Source: Trueperaceae bacterium
GTDB lineage: Bacteria > Deinococcota > Deinococci > Deinococcales > Trueperaceae
Assembly: GCA_965214405.1 (NCBI GenBank)
Contig: OZ243956.1
Location: 2,528,001 to 2,592,000 of the forward strand
Direction of reading: 5' to 3'
DNA length: 64,000 nt
Below, in pieces: positions 44,561-53,368 of this stretch (position 1 is the first letter of the stretch; every line of letters begins with the position of its first letter). Below the pieces are notes generated by a model. The model worked only from the letters and a program-made list of their open reading frames with translations. It ran no database searches and was not told the DNA's origin. The position numbers and the translations under genes are program-made.

Positions 44561-45019
44561 CTAAGCTTCTTGCCGTTCTGAACGCTCCGGGCGTTCTTGT
44601 CGTTCTGGGCGCTCCGAGCGCCCTCGGGGGCTCGAGCGGGGCTTAAAGGTGCGCCACTCGGGGCGGTTGCGGGTCACGAGCACGCGCATGACGTTGTCGC
44701 GCAGGCGCAAGTTGCTCTCGATAACCTTGGGAGCCTCTAAGGGCAAGGAGAGGTTGTAAATAATGTAGTACCCCTCTCGTCCCTTGCGAATTTCGTACGC
44801 GAGGCGCTTGTTGCCCCACTCGTCGACCTCCAAAATCCTGCCCCCCGCCCGCTCGACCTGCGCGCTAACCGCATCCTTCTCGGTCTGCACCTGGGTCTCG
44901 TTGAGGTTGGGGTCCAAAATCACGTTGAGGTCATAGGTATGCTCGTCCGTTTCCTCGACGCCGCTTTCGCCGACGCTACCCGTAGGCTCATCCAGCAAAT
45001 CATTCGTTCCTTCGTCCAT
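44561..45019 (-). CDS. rpsF: 30S ribosomal protein S6 with N- and C-terminal extensions
   Basis: YDLNVILDP, WGNKRLAYEI, EGYY, VMRVLV; GGAGG RBS. Confidence 0.93.
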   Translation of the reverse strand: MDEGTNDLLDEPTGSVGESGVEETDEHTYDLNVILDPNLNETQVQTEKDAVSAQVERAGGRILEVDEWGNKRLAYEIRKGREGYYIIYNLSLPLEAPKVIESNLRLRDNVMRVLVTRNRPEWRTFKPRSSPRGRSERPERQERPERSERQEA

Positions 45020-45123
45020 ATGTCACCTCCTCTCAGTGCAAATTTGCTAACTTCAGTCAGCAGCTTTTTATCTTAGCACTCTTTTACACGATTGATACAA
45101 CCTTGTCAAACCCGTGAAAAATC

Positions 45124-45300
45124 CTATTCTTTGCGCCGGTCCCTGAGCCACACATAACCCACCAGCGTCCCCACAAGCCCGAGCAAGCCGCTAAAGACGA
45201 ACTCAGGAATCACTTTCTCGCTGCTGTACCAGCCCCACACGAACAGCCCGAGCAGGCTGATGAGTAGCAGCGTGATGAAGTAGGTGCCAAAAAGCCTCAT
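45124..45300 (-). CDS. Small two-helix membrane protein
   Basis: Two hydrophobic stretches and a basic tail; purine-rich RBS; divergent from the XRE-S24 repressor. Confidence 0.55.
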   Translation of the reverse strand: MRLFGTYFITLLLISLLGLFVWGWYSSEKVIPEFVFSGLLGLVGTLVGYVWLRDRRKE

Positions 45301-45319
45301 AACGATTCCCCCTTCCAAT

Positions 45320-45344
45320 CAAGCTAGTCATTTTGACTAGCTTG
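45320..45344. promoter_or_regulatory. Perfect inverted repeat, putative operator
   Basis: CAAGCTAGTCA-ttt-TGACTAGCTTG in the AT-rich divergent intergenic region. Confidence 0.6.
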
Positions 45345-45452
45345 TGAGATAGCTTACTCGTTTTCACTGCACTTAGTCAATCTGCATAAAGGTAATGTGA
45401 TATAATTCATATTGATTTAGAGATATGTATAAACGTCGTGAGAGGAGAGAGG

Positions 45453-46184
45453 ATGACGCTCCATAAAGACCGCAGCATCGCTCATTGGGGAGAGGCACTA
45501 AGACGACGCCGCGCCACGCTCGGCAGGTCGCAAGGAGGTGTCGTTGAGGCTTCGGGAGAGGTGCTCAACCAGACGGAGGTAAGCCGCTTAGAGCGCGGCT
45601 TAGTTCACCCCACACAAGACTTGGGTCTCGTCAAGTTTTTCGCGCTCTTAAAAGCCCTCGAGTGGACCCTAGACGACTTCACCGAGGCGACGGGGCTCGA
45701 GCTGCCCTTCTCCTCCCAAAGCCAGGCGGAGGCCCTGGTGGCGGCGAGCCGCTTGGAGGTTCAACCCGATTGGGCGGCGTTTCCCGTCTACGGCACCGTC
45801 TCGGCGGGGGGCGCGGAGACCGAACCCCTGAGTGACGAGGTAACCTACATCCCCAGAGAAAAACTCAGGGCCAGGGGCGTGGACCCCAAAAACGTCCGCG
45901 TCTACCTCGTCAACGGCGACTGCATGATTTCAAACGAGGCGCAGCGCGTGCAAAAAAATATCGCGCCGGGCGACCACGTCGCCATTGACACCCACCGCAA
46001 ACCCCAACCCGGCGACGTGGTCGTCGCCTGGTGGCCCAGGGAGGAAAAGATGGTCGTGAAACGTTACAAGGTCGAGGGCCGCGATATTGTCCTTTACCCC
46101 GTCAACCCCGCGCATCCCAATCTAGTTTTGGGCAACGAGGACGACGTGTACATCCTCGGCAGCGTCGTGTGGCGGGGAGGCTAA
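45453..46184 (+). CDS. XRE HTH plus S24 peptidase (CI/LexA-like) repressor
   Basis: LRRRRATLGRSQ..QTEVSRLERG HTH; VYGTVSAG cleavage site; VNGDCM; PGDVVVA; VVKRY; LYPVNPAHP. Confidence 0.9.
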   Translation: MTLHKDRSIAHWGEALRRRRATLGRSQGGVVEASGEVLNQTEVSRLERGLVHPTQDLGLVKFFALLKALEWTLDDFTEATGLELPFSSQSQAEALVAASRLEVQPDWAAFPVYGTVSAGGAETEPLSDEVTYIPREKLRARGVDPKNVRVYLVNGDCMISNEAQRVQKNIAPGDHVAIDTHRKPQPGDVVVAWWPREEKMVVKRYKVEGRDIVLYPVNPAHPNLVLGNEDDVYILGSVVWRGG

Positions 46185-46230
46185 GCTTTAAGGCTCACGT
46201 TATGCGGGCGCGGATTTGGTTCGGTGGGAG

Positions 46231-46268
46231 AGTGCCGAGTGCTGAGTACCCAGTGCTGAGTACCGAGT
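46231..46268 (+). repeat. Imperfect heptamer tandem repeat (AGTGCTG-like, about 5 units)
   Basis: agtgccg agtgctg agtaccc agtgctg agtaccg agt, between convergent genes. Confidence 0.75.
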
Positions 46269-46294
46269 AAAAAATAGGGCGAGAGCTTTTTCCT

Positions 46295-47674
46295 CTAGCT
46301 AAAAAGCCTGTGGGTAAGGTTAGAAGACTCAGCGAGGAGGTTCGCCACGCGGTGCGCGTCTCTCACCGTGTCGTTGACGCCCACGCCGTAGTAAGCGTTG
46401 CCGGTGAGAAAGAGGTTTGGATGCGTCGCCACCGCCTCCATTGCGGCCTCGACGCGCGCGCGGTGACCCAAGAGATACTGCGGGATGCCTTTGGGCCAGG
46501 GGATGTGCAGGGGCATCTCCGGCGGCGCGGTGATGCCCAAGGTAAGCTCTAAATCGCGCCGCACCACCGCCAGCGCCTCATCATCGGACAATCCTGCGAA
46601 TTCCGGGTCCACGCTGCCCCCGGCAATTACCCGCAGCAGCACCTTACCCTTAGGGGCCCTTTCGGGAAAAATGGTCGAACTGTAGAGCACCCCCAGCGCC
46701 CGCACACCCTCGCCTCTTGGCACCAAAAAGCCGAAGCCGTCGAGCAGATTGGGTACGTCCACCCGGTCATACCCCAAGCCGAACACGCGCACGTCAGCGT
46801 AGGGAATTTCTGAGAGTGCCGCCGCAGCCTCCGGTAAAAAGGGGGAGAGGAGCGCCGCGCTTTCAAAGGCCGGAGTGGTGAGCACCACCCCGTCGGCGTG
46901 AACCGTTTCGCCTGAAGAGAGCCCCAGCGCGTAGCCCGCCTCCTGCGGTTGGAGTTCTCTCACGCTCACCCCTAGCCGCACCGCCTTTCCAAGCGTCTCC
47001 CGCAGCGCGTCAATGAGCTGCCCAATCCCGCCCCTAAAACTCGTCAACCGCCCCGTCTGCGCCTCCTTCGCCGCCTTTGCCTTCCGCTGCGCGCTGATCA
47101 AGGCTCTAACGAGGCTGCCGTGCTCCGCCTCGAGCGCCCGAAAACGCGGAAAAAGCGCGTCCAGACTCAGTTCCTTTGCGTCCCCCGCGGTGATGCCTAG
47201 CACAAAAGGTCCTGCAAACGCGTTCGCCACTTCACTGCCAAAATGACGCGAGAGAAAGTCGTAAACTGTTTCCTCATGCGCAACGGCTTTGCCCAGAAGG
47301 GGCTCGAGCGCCGCCCTCGCCTTGCCCAAAGGCGACAATAACTCGCTCTTCAAAAAGGCCGGTGGAGAGAGAGGCAGGGGCCGCAGACCGCCGTTTTTGT
47401 AGAGAAAACGGTATTTCGCCACGTCCGAAGCAGGCTGTAGCTCACTTTCCAACCCGAGCGATTTAGCAAGCTCCACTGTCTCGGGAACGTTGGTCAAAAA
47501 CCCGTTAGGACCCCAGTCCACCGTATACCCGCCGTGTTGGCTGCTCCTGACCTTGCCACCCGCGGCGGCGTCCTTTTCATAGAGGGTAAGCTCGAGCTCC
47601 GGGCGTTTTTGTTTGAGCAAATAGGCGGTGGTGAGGCCGGACACGCCGCCGCCGACGATTGCCACCCGCTTCAC
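46295..47674 (-). CDS. hemY: FAD-dependent protoporphyrinogen oxidase (HemY/PgoX type)
   Basis: IVGGGVSGL, GGKVRS, GPNGF, GFGFLVP, IPQYLLGH, GNAYYGVGVND. Confidence 0.93.
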   Translation of the reverse strand: MKRVAIVGGGVSGLTTAYLLKQKRPELELTLYEKDAAAGGKVRSSQHGGYTVDWGPNGFLTNVPETVELAKSLGLESELQPASDVAKYRFLYKNGGLRPLPLSPPAFLKSELLSPLGKARAALEPLLGKAVAHEETVYDFLSRHFGSEVANAFAGPFVLGITAGDAKELSLDALFPRFRALEAEHGSLVRALISAQRKAKAAKEAQTGRLTSFRGGIGQLIDALRETLGKAVRLGVSVRELQPQEAGYALGLSSGETVHADGVVLTTPAFESAALLSPFLPEAAAALSEIPYADVRVFGLGYDRVDVPNLLDGFGFLVPRGEGVRALGVLYSSTIFPERAPKGKVLLRVIAGGSVDPEFAGLSDDEALAVVRRDLELTLGITAPPEMPLHIPWPKGIPQYLLGHRARVEAAMEAVATHPNLFLTGNAYYGVGVNDTVRDAHRVANLLAESSNLTHRLFS

Positions 47675-48075
47675 GCGGGTATGACCTCAAACCCTGCCCA
47701 GCGAAAATGTTTGTCAAAAGTAAAAACTCGGCTGAGCCCAACTTTGCGCATGAGCGTAAAGGAGACGCAGTCTGTAAAGCTTATCTTTTGGTCGGCGTAC
47801 TTTTCAAACAGTTTTAGGCTGACTAGCTCGTCCGCAATCGAGGGTCGTAAAATGGTGAGAAGGCTCGAGGTGTAGAGCGCTTCTCCTTGCTCCGCTGCAA
47901 AAGGGTAACTCGTACGGCGGGCTAAAAGGGTAAGCGTTTCGTCTAGTACAAAGTTACTGGTGTATAGCGGACGCTTTTCTGCTTCTAAGGTAAGCCAAAC
48001 CGGGCGGGCTTGCTTGTGGTACTGGTCGCTTTTGTTATACCAGCCGAGAAACGCACTTGTGTCAACGAAAATCAT
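47671..48075 (-). CDS. vapC: PIN-domain VapC toxin
   Basis: IFVDTS, VLDETLT, SFTDCVSF, FTFDKHF. Confidence 0.9.
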   Translation of the reverse strand: MIFVDTSAFLGWYNKSDQYHKQARPVWLTLEAEKRPLYTSNFVLDETLTLLARRTSYPFAAEQGEALYTSSLLTILRPSIADELVSLKLFEKYADQKISFTDCVSFTLMRKVGLSRVFTFDKHFRWAGFEVIPA

Positions 48076-48299
48076 TCGTCGTCATACAGGTATTTGTCAT
48101 GATTTTCCGCCAGGTCGGAGGGGGCGTCTCCGTCAAACGCTCGGTATTGGGCGAAAAGCGGGTCGCGTTCGGCGGGCTTTTGCAAACGTGCTTTGAGCAG
48201 TTCACGAACAAGTTCTTCTAACGAAACGCCTTCTTCACGCGCTAAGGTTTCGGCGCGGGTTTTAAGCTCGAGGGGTAGCGTGATATTGACGTGTTCCAT
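48072..48299 (-). CDS. CopG/RHH-type antitoxin
   Basis: VNITLPLELK..A.EEGVSLEELVRELL; C-terminal DLAENHDKYLY; ATGA overlap with vapC. Confidence 0.82.
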   Translation of the reverse strand: MEHVNITLPLELKTRAETLAREEGVSLEELVRELLKARLQKPAERDPLFAQYRAFDGDAPSDLAENHDKYLYDDE

Positions 48300-48431
48300 A
48301 ATATGTTCATCATATCGCAGCCGTAAATTAAAATGCGTCTCTACCTCAAGAATGTGGTTTCGTGGACTTTTGCCACGCTCGAGTTGGGGACGCTGTTAAG
48401 CCTGGCGAGAAGGGGCAAATCAGCATCCGCC

Positions 48432-49031
48432 TCAAAGCAGCCGCTTTACGACCGCCTCGCCCAGCCACGCCTGAACTCTGTCGGGGAAGCGCTGCGGCGC
48501 AACCCGCTCGCTTAAGCCCAACGTGCGCCGTGTCCTGTACACCTCGCCCTGCGGCTCGGTGTAGACCTCCAAGCGTTTGTCAACAAGGTTGAAGAGCCAA
48601 ACCTCGCCCACCCCCGCCTCCGCATAAAGGGGCAGCTTCACCCCACGGTCTTTGAGGAGCGTCGTGTCGGAAACCTCGATGAGCAGATAAACGTCCTCGG
48701 GCTGCGGGTGGTCCGCGTAGTCGCGCCGGGCCAGGAGCATCACATCGGGCACCGGGAGTTGGCGGTCATCTAAGTCTCGTGACAGGCGTAGCGGGTTCTG
48801 GACGTCTACCTTGGCGACGTCCACAAAAGCCAGGGTCAACATCTCGGTAAGCTCGCGCACCACCATCGCGTGAGGGGGATTGACAGTCATAGGGACGATG
48901 CTCCCATTTAAGAGTTCGACGCGCTCGTCCTCGCTAATGATGCCCGCCTGCTCCATTGCCAGGAGTTCGCGGTAGGTGAATTCACGCGGCTCGTACGGCA
49001 GGGGCTCGAGTTGCGGTTTCGGAAGCGCCAT
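48432..49031 (-). CDS. Uma2-family PD-(D/E)xK endonuclease
   Basis: RVELLNG, PDVML, LLIEVSDTTL..DRGVKLPLYA..GV.EVW. Confidence 0.9.
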   Translation of the reverse strand: MALPKPQLEPLPYEPREFTYRELLAMEQAGIISEDERVELLNGSIVPMTVNPPHAMVVRELTEMLTLAFVDVAKVDVQNPLRLSRDLDDRQLPVPDVMLLARRDYADHPQPEDVYLLIEVSDTTLLKDRGVKLPLYAEAGVGEVWLFNLVDKRLEVYTEPQGEVYRTRRTLGLSERVAPQRFPDRVQAWLGEAVVKRLL

Positions 49032-49119
49032 ACGTTTATCTTACTTCATCGTCCCTCAAAAGCGTGGAATTTCTCGAGCCCCTGTTGCGAATGTAATGTT
49101 TTTGCATTACGCCTTCGTC

Positions 49120-49266
49120 ATGGGTAAGTTCGACCAAATACGAGTGCGCATCAATCCCCAAAGTAAGTGGCTTCCCAACGCTGAGACGCTTCAAGCCATT
49201 AGAGATATTGGGGAGGACCGCGACCTGGTGCGCCATAACTTAGAAAGTTTCAGAAAGTCTTTGTAA
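49120..49266 (+). pseudogene. Probable RelB/DinJ antitoxin remnant
   Basis: PNAETLQAIRD resembles DinJ C-termini; upstream palindrome GTAATG-N6-CATTAC; no toxin gene follows. Confidence 0.45.
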
Positions 49267-49331
49267 GAACGTTAAATCTTGCAACCGTCACAACCTCTGC
49301 TTTGTAGCAGGCGACGTGTTACCCTCGAGCT

Positions 49332-49820
49332 ATGGACCCCAAATACCTCCGCGCCGACGCCCTAGGCATCCGCTTGGAAATGGTTGCGGGTCTGCCCATC
49401 TGGGAGCCGCATCCCGTCTACAAACATCAAAAAGAGGTGGACAGGATTCGCTCGAGCATTGCCCCTACAGTTGGTGAAGCTCCCGCGCCTTGCGAGTGTA
49501 TTCACGCCGCGGATGTTTACGTAAGTTTCCCCGACGGCTCGCTCAAACGCCCCGACATCTCCATCTTCTGCCGCGAGCCCGAGGAGCAAGAAGAGGCGGT
49601 CACCCTCGTGCCCGAAGCGGTCATCGAGGTGATTAGCAAGGGCTATGAAGCCAAGGACTTAGAAATCGGCCCGCAGTTCTATCTCGCGCAGGGCGTCAAA
49701 GATGTAGTTGTTTTCAATCCGTATACGCTGGTGGTGCTGCACGTGCGGCGGGACGGGGTGAAGCGCTATCTTTCGCCCGTGGGGGTGGGGCTCGAGTGCG
49801 GCTGCACCTGCACGGTATAG
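49332..49820 (+). CDS. Uma2-family endonuclease
   Basis: RLEMVAG, RPDISIF, PEAVIEVIS, YLAQGV. Confidence 0.8.
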   Translation: MDPKYLRADALGIRLEMVAGLPIWEPHPVYKHQKEVDRIRSSIAPTVGEAPAPCECIHAADVYVSFPDGSLKRPDISIFCREPEEQEEAVTLVPEAVIEVISKGYEAKDLEIGPQFYLAQGVKDVVVFNPYTLVVLHVRRDGVKRYLSPVGVGLECGCTCTV

Positions 49821-49899
49821 GATTGTAACGTACAGCCAAAGCTAAATCCCGCTCACCGTTAGCCAGCGAGCGGGACTTTCGTCAAGCCACTGTCAAGCT

Positions 49900-51024
49900 T
49901 TACGCAGCTTGGTACTCCCTATTTTTCTTCGAACTGCTCACGTTCGTACGTTTGTAGGGCGCAACCGGGTTCAGGATATTGCGGCACTGCGGGTTGACGC
50001 AGCCGGGGCAACGCAGGCCGTATTGCTTCGTGCAGGCCTCACCGCTTTGCAGGTGCTCATAGACAACCTGCGCGAGCGCGTCCTGAAAAAGCGGTTCACC
50101 GTTTAGCGAGGGCGCGCGTAGAAAGTTAGTGATGCCGACCTCGTGTGCCAACTCGCCGTATTCAATGTCAATCTCAGACAATGTTTCGATGTGGTCGCTC
50201 GTAAAAGCGATGCCGACGACGAGGACGTTCTTGCGCTTTTTCGCGCCTAAGTCTTTGATAACCGCCTCGGTTGACGGCCCCTGCCACGGCACCGGCCCCA
50301 CGTCCGACTGGTAGGTGAGGATGTACTCGTGCGAAAAGTCGAGGCACTTCATCACCTCGTGGACCGACGCGCCGATTTCTTGCGGGTAGGCGTCGCCGCG
50401 GTTGATGACGTCTAAGGGAAGCGAGTGGGCGCTGAACATCAGCAGCACGTCGTCGCGGTCTTCGGGGGGGAAGAGCTCGAGACCGTCTTTGACCGTCTTC
50501 GTCATCGCCTCGATAAACTTGGGATGCGTGGGCCAGCGGTCGATGACGCTCCACTCAAAGGCGTCTTGCAGCCCCTCGCGCCGGGTCGCGCGCCAGAGTT
50601 CGTTTAGCGATGAGCCCGTGGTCGAGCACGAGAACTGCGGGTACTGCGTAAACGCCACCGCCCGCTCGACCCCGTCCGCCTGCATCTGCTTAACGGCGTC
50701 CTCGGAAAAGGGGTGGACGTAGCGAAAGGCCACGTAAAACTTGTGCGGCGCGGTCTCAGGGCTCATCTCGTCGAGGCGTTCGACCATGCCGCGGCCCTGA
50801 AGCTCGGTCCAGTGCAAAATGGGCGAACCGCCGCCGATGCCCTCATAAAGCTTTTCGACCTTGGCCGTGCGGCGCTTGGCGATGTAGGGGCCTAAGAAAC
50901 GCTGGACCGGGAGCTGGATGATCTCGCGGTCTTCGAAGAGTTTGAGCAAAAAGGGACGCACCTCGTCAAGGTTTTTGGGTCCCCCTAAATTCATCATAAC
51001 AATGCCGGTAGGTCCTTTATTCAT
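49900..51024 (-). CDS. hemH: Protoporphyrin ferrochelatase, animal/mitochondrial type with [2Fe-2S] Cys motif
   Basis: NLGGP, IGGGSP, YPQFSCSTTGSS, FSAHSLP (H200), AFTSDHIETL (E280), C-terminal CPGCVNPQC. Confidence 0.95.
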   Translation of the reverse strand: MNKGPTGIVMMNLGGPKNLDEVRPFLLKLFEDREIIQLPVQRFLGPYIAKRRTAKVEKLYEGIGGGSPILHWTELQGRGMVERLDEMSPETAPHKFYVAFRYVHPFSEDAVKQMQADGVERAVAFTQYPQFSCSTTGSSLNELWRATRREGLQDAFEWSVIDRWPTHPKFIEAMTKTVKDGLELFPPEDRDDVLLMFSAHSLPLDVINRGDAYPQEIGASVHEVMKCLDFSHEYILTYQSDVGPVPWQGPSTEAVIKDLGAKKRKNVLVVGIAFTSDHIETLSEIDIEYGELAHEVGITNFLRAPSLNGEPLFQDALAQVVYEHLQSGEACTKQYGLRCPGCVNPQCRNILNPVAPYKRTNVSSSKKNREYQAA

Positions 51025-51132
51025 GCTTTTATCGTACCGTTTGGACGCTCAGACATATGTCCTGCACCGCGCAATTGGCGTTTGTGTAGCGTCTGTTTGT
51101 ACGAGTCGGGTAGGTTGAGCAAGATGCAAAAT

Positions 51133-51642
51133 TTAGGTAGCGGCTCGAGCCTCGCCAATCAACCTTTGCACCTCTTCATGCCCATTAAACGCCGCCAAAT
51201 CTTCCGCCGTGCGCCCCTGCGCGTCTTTTGCGCTAACATCTGCGCCGCGCTCTAAAAATAAGCGCGCGAACTCCTTTTGTCCAAACATCGCCGCGAAGTG
51301 AAGCGCGGTGGCCCCGCCACCGTTGCGCGCGTCCACGTCGGCACCGCCCACAAGCAGCCGCCGCGCGCACGCCATGTACCCCTTGAAAACCGTGCCCATC
51401 AGCGGCGTGTTGCCGCTCCTGTCGGGCGCGTCTGGGTTAGCGCCGCGCTCCAAAAGCAGCGCCACCATTTCCGGCTGGTCGTTGTAGGCGGCAATCATCA
51501 GCAGCGAATGCGCCTGCTCGTTCTCGAGGTCGGGCGGCAACCCAGCTTCTAAAAATATCGTCATGACCTCCACGTCGCCGCGGCGGGCGATTTCGTGGTA
51601 GTCGATGTTGTTGAGGTCAATTTTAGGGGTTGAGTCAGTCAT
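51133..51642 (-). CDS. Ankyrin-repeat protein (AnkB-like, catalase-associated)
   Basis: SLLMIAAYN, TPLMGTVFKG, TALHFAAMFG repeats; directly downstream of the catalase gene. Confidence 0.88.
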   Translation of the reverse strand: MTDSTPKIDLNNIDYHEIARRGDVEVMTIFLEAGLPPDLENEQAHSLLMIAAYNDQPEMVALLLERGANPDAPDRSGNTPLMGTVFKGYMACARRLLVGGADVDARNGGGATALHFAAMFGQKEFARLFLERGADVSAKDAQGRTAEDLAAFNGHEEVQRLIGEARAAT

Positions 51643-51661
51643 AGAAAGGTGGTTCAAAGGA

Positions 51662-51690
51662 AGAGGCCCGACGGTTGAGGTCGGGCCTCT
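51662..51690 (-). terminator. Strong hairpin between katA and the ankyrin gene
   Basis: AGAGGCCCGAC...GTCGGGCCTCT, 11-bp stem with a weak U-tract. Confidence 0.55.
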
Positions 51691-51704
51691 GAATGTCAAA
51701 AAGT

Positions 51705-53219
51705 CTAGCTGTGAACGACTTCGCCTTTGACGGGCGCGTCACCGCGGATGGCGTGGGCGGTGTTGTCGCTCTGGGTGTGCTTTAGCGCCTCGCGCACGCG
51801 GCGGCCATAGTCGGGGTCGGCTTTGTCGAAGTGCCCTAACTGCCGCTCGATAACCTCTTGACGACAGCCGCTCATCGCCCCGGCAAGGTTGCTCGCCAAG
51901 CGGCCCTTCTCGTCCTCGCTCATCATCCGGAAGAGGTCACCGGCTTGCGTGTAATCGTCGTGGTCGATACGCGAGTTCCAGCGGTCCACGGTCACGTCGC
52001 CCAAGTGCCAGGCGGGCTCGGCGTAGGAGGGGTCGGGGCGGGGTGAGCCCTCAATAGAGTTCGGGTAGTAGTTCGGGAAGCCCGTGCCCTCATCCGACAG
52101 CCCACCGAACTGCCCGTCGCGCAGGTAGTTGTTGACCGGCACCTTGGGCCGATTGACCCGAACCTCCCGGTAGTTCACGCCAATACGGTAGAGGTGCGCG
52201 TCCTGGTAACTCATGAGCCGCGCCTGGAGCATTTTGTCGGGGCTGGGGCCGATGCCGGGCGGCATCGTGTTGGGGTTGTAAGCCGCCTGCTCAACGTCGT
52301 GGTGGTAGTTTTGCGGATTGCGGTTGAGTTCTAACTCGCCTACCTCGATTAAGGGGAAGTCGCCGTGGGGCCAGACTTTGGTCAAATCAAAAGGATTCCA
52401 GCGGAACGCATCCGCCTCCTCTTGCGTCATCACTTGGATGTAAGTGGTCCACTTGGGGAAGTCACCGGTGTTGATGGCCTCGAGCAGGTCGCGCTGATGG
52501 CTCTCGCGGTCGTGGGCGATAACCTGCGCGGCCTCGTCGTTGGTGAGGTGCTTATGGCCCTGCTGCGTCTTGAAGTGAAACTTGACCCAAACGCGCTCGC
52601 CCTCACGGTTGATGAGCGAGTAGGTGTGCGACGAGTAGCCGTTCATGTGGCGGTAGGTCTTGGGCAGGCCGCGGTCACCAAAGAGCCAGGTGACCTGGTG
52701 CAGGCTCTCCGGGCAGAGGCTCCAGAAGTCCCACTGCATGTCGGGGTCGCGCAGGTTCGTTCCGGGGTGGCGCTTTTGCGAGTGGATGAACATCTGGAAC
52801 TTGTAGGGGTCGCGCACGAAAAAGATGGGCGTGTTGTTGCCCACCAAGTCCCAGTTACCCTCTTCGGTATAGAACTTCATCGCAAAGCCGCGGGGGTCGC
52901 GCTCGGCGTCGGCGGCGCCGCGCTCGCCCGCCACGGTGGAAAAGCGCACGGCGACCTCGGTTTCTTTGCCGACCTCTGAAAAGACGGCGGCGCGTGTGTA
53001 CTTGCTAATATCGTTCGTGACCGTAAACTTACCGAACGCCCCCGTCCCCTTGGCGTGGACCACGCGCTCGGGCACGCGCTCGCGGTTAAAGCGCTGCATC
53101 TGCTCGATGAGGTTCACGTCTTGCATCAGCAGCGGGCCGCGCGGCCCGGCGGTGAGTGAGTTTTCCTGGTCGGCTATTGGGTGTCCGTCGGCGGTGGTAA
53201 GAAGCTTTTTCTCTGCCAT
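51705..53219 (-). CDS. katA: Monofunctional small-subunit heme catalase
   Basis: RERVPERVVHAKG, VRFSTV, GNWDLVGNN, RLMSYQDAH (proximal Tyr); promoter TTGTCA-N16-TAGACT and GGAGG RBS. Confidence 0.95.
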   Translation of the reverse strand: MAEKKLLTTADGHPIADQENSLTAGPRGPLLMQDVNLIEQMQRFNRERVPERVVHAKGTGAFGKFTVTNDISKYTRAAVFSEVGKETEVAVRFSTVAGERGAADAERDPRGFAMKFYTEEGNWDLVGNNTPIFFVRDPYKFQMFIHSQKRHPGTNLRDPDMQWDFWSLCPESLHQVTWLFGDRGLPKTYRHMNGYSSHTYSLINREGERVWVKFHFKTQQGHKHLTNDEAAQVIAHDRESHQRDLLEAINTGDFPKWTTYIQVMTQEEADAFRWNPFDLTKVWPHGDFPLIEVGELELNRNPQNYHHDVEQAAYNPNTMPPGIGPSPDKMLQARLMSYQDAHLYRIGVNYREVRVNRPKVPVNNYLRDGQFGGLSDEGTGFPNYYPNSIEGSPRPDPSYAEPAWHLGDVTVDRWNSRIDHDDYTQAGDLFRMMSEDEKGRLASNLAGAMSGCRQEVIERQLGHFDKADPDYGRRVREALKHTQSDNTAHAIRGDAPVKGEVVHS

Positions 53220-53368
53220 GTTCTACCTCCCTAAACATGCTCAGTCTAGCGCACGGTTAAGCGTTGACAAAGCAAGGTGTGCAACGAAAACGAGCGCGGC
53301 GCTTGGTAAAGGGTCGTGACGCGGGAGGCGAGTTTGAGGAGGCTCGAGCCCTCAACCACCCCTGAATT

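Noticed and set aside
45074..45100. TTAGCACTC half of a CIRCE element upstream of rpsF
   Set aside because: The second arm GAGTGCTAA is absent, and no CIRCE was found before dnaJ or hsp20.
45124..46184. An intact prophage around the CI-like repressor
   Set aside because: No integrase, replication, capsid or lysis genes flank it; its neighbours are rpsF and hemY.
49900..51024. Eukaryotic contamination as the source of the FECH-like gene
   Set aside because: It has no introns or targeting peptide, has host-like GC-rich codons, a leaderless -10 box and CTCGAG sites, and lies inside a bacterial hem cluster; read mapping would still be the final test.
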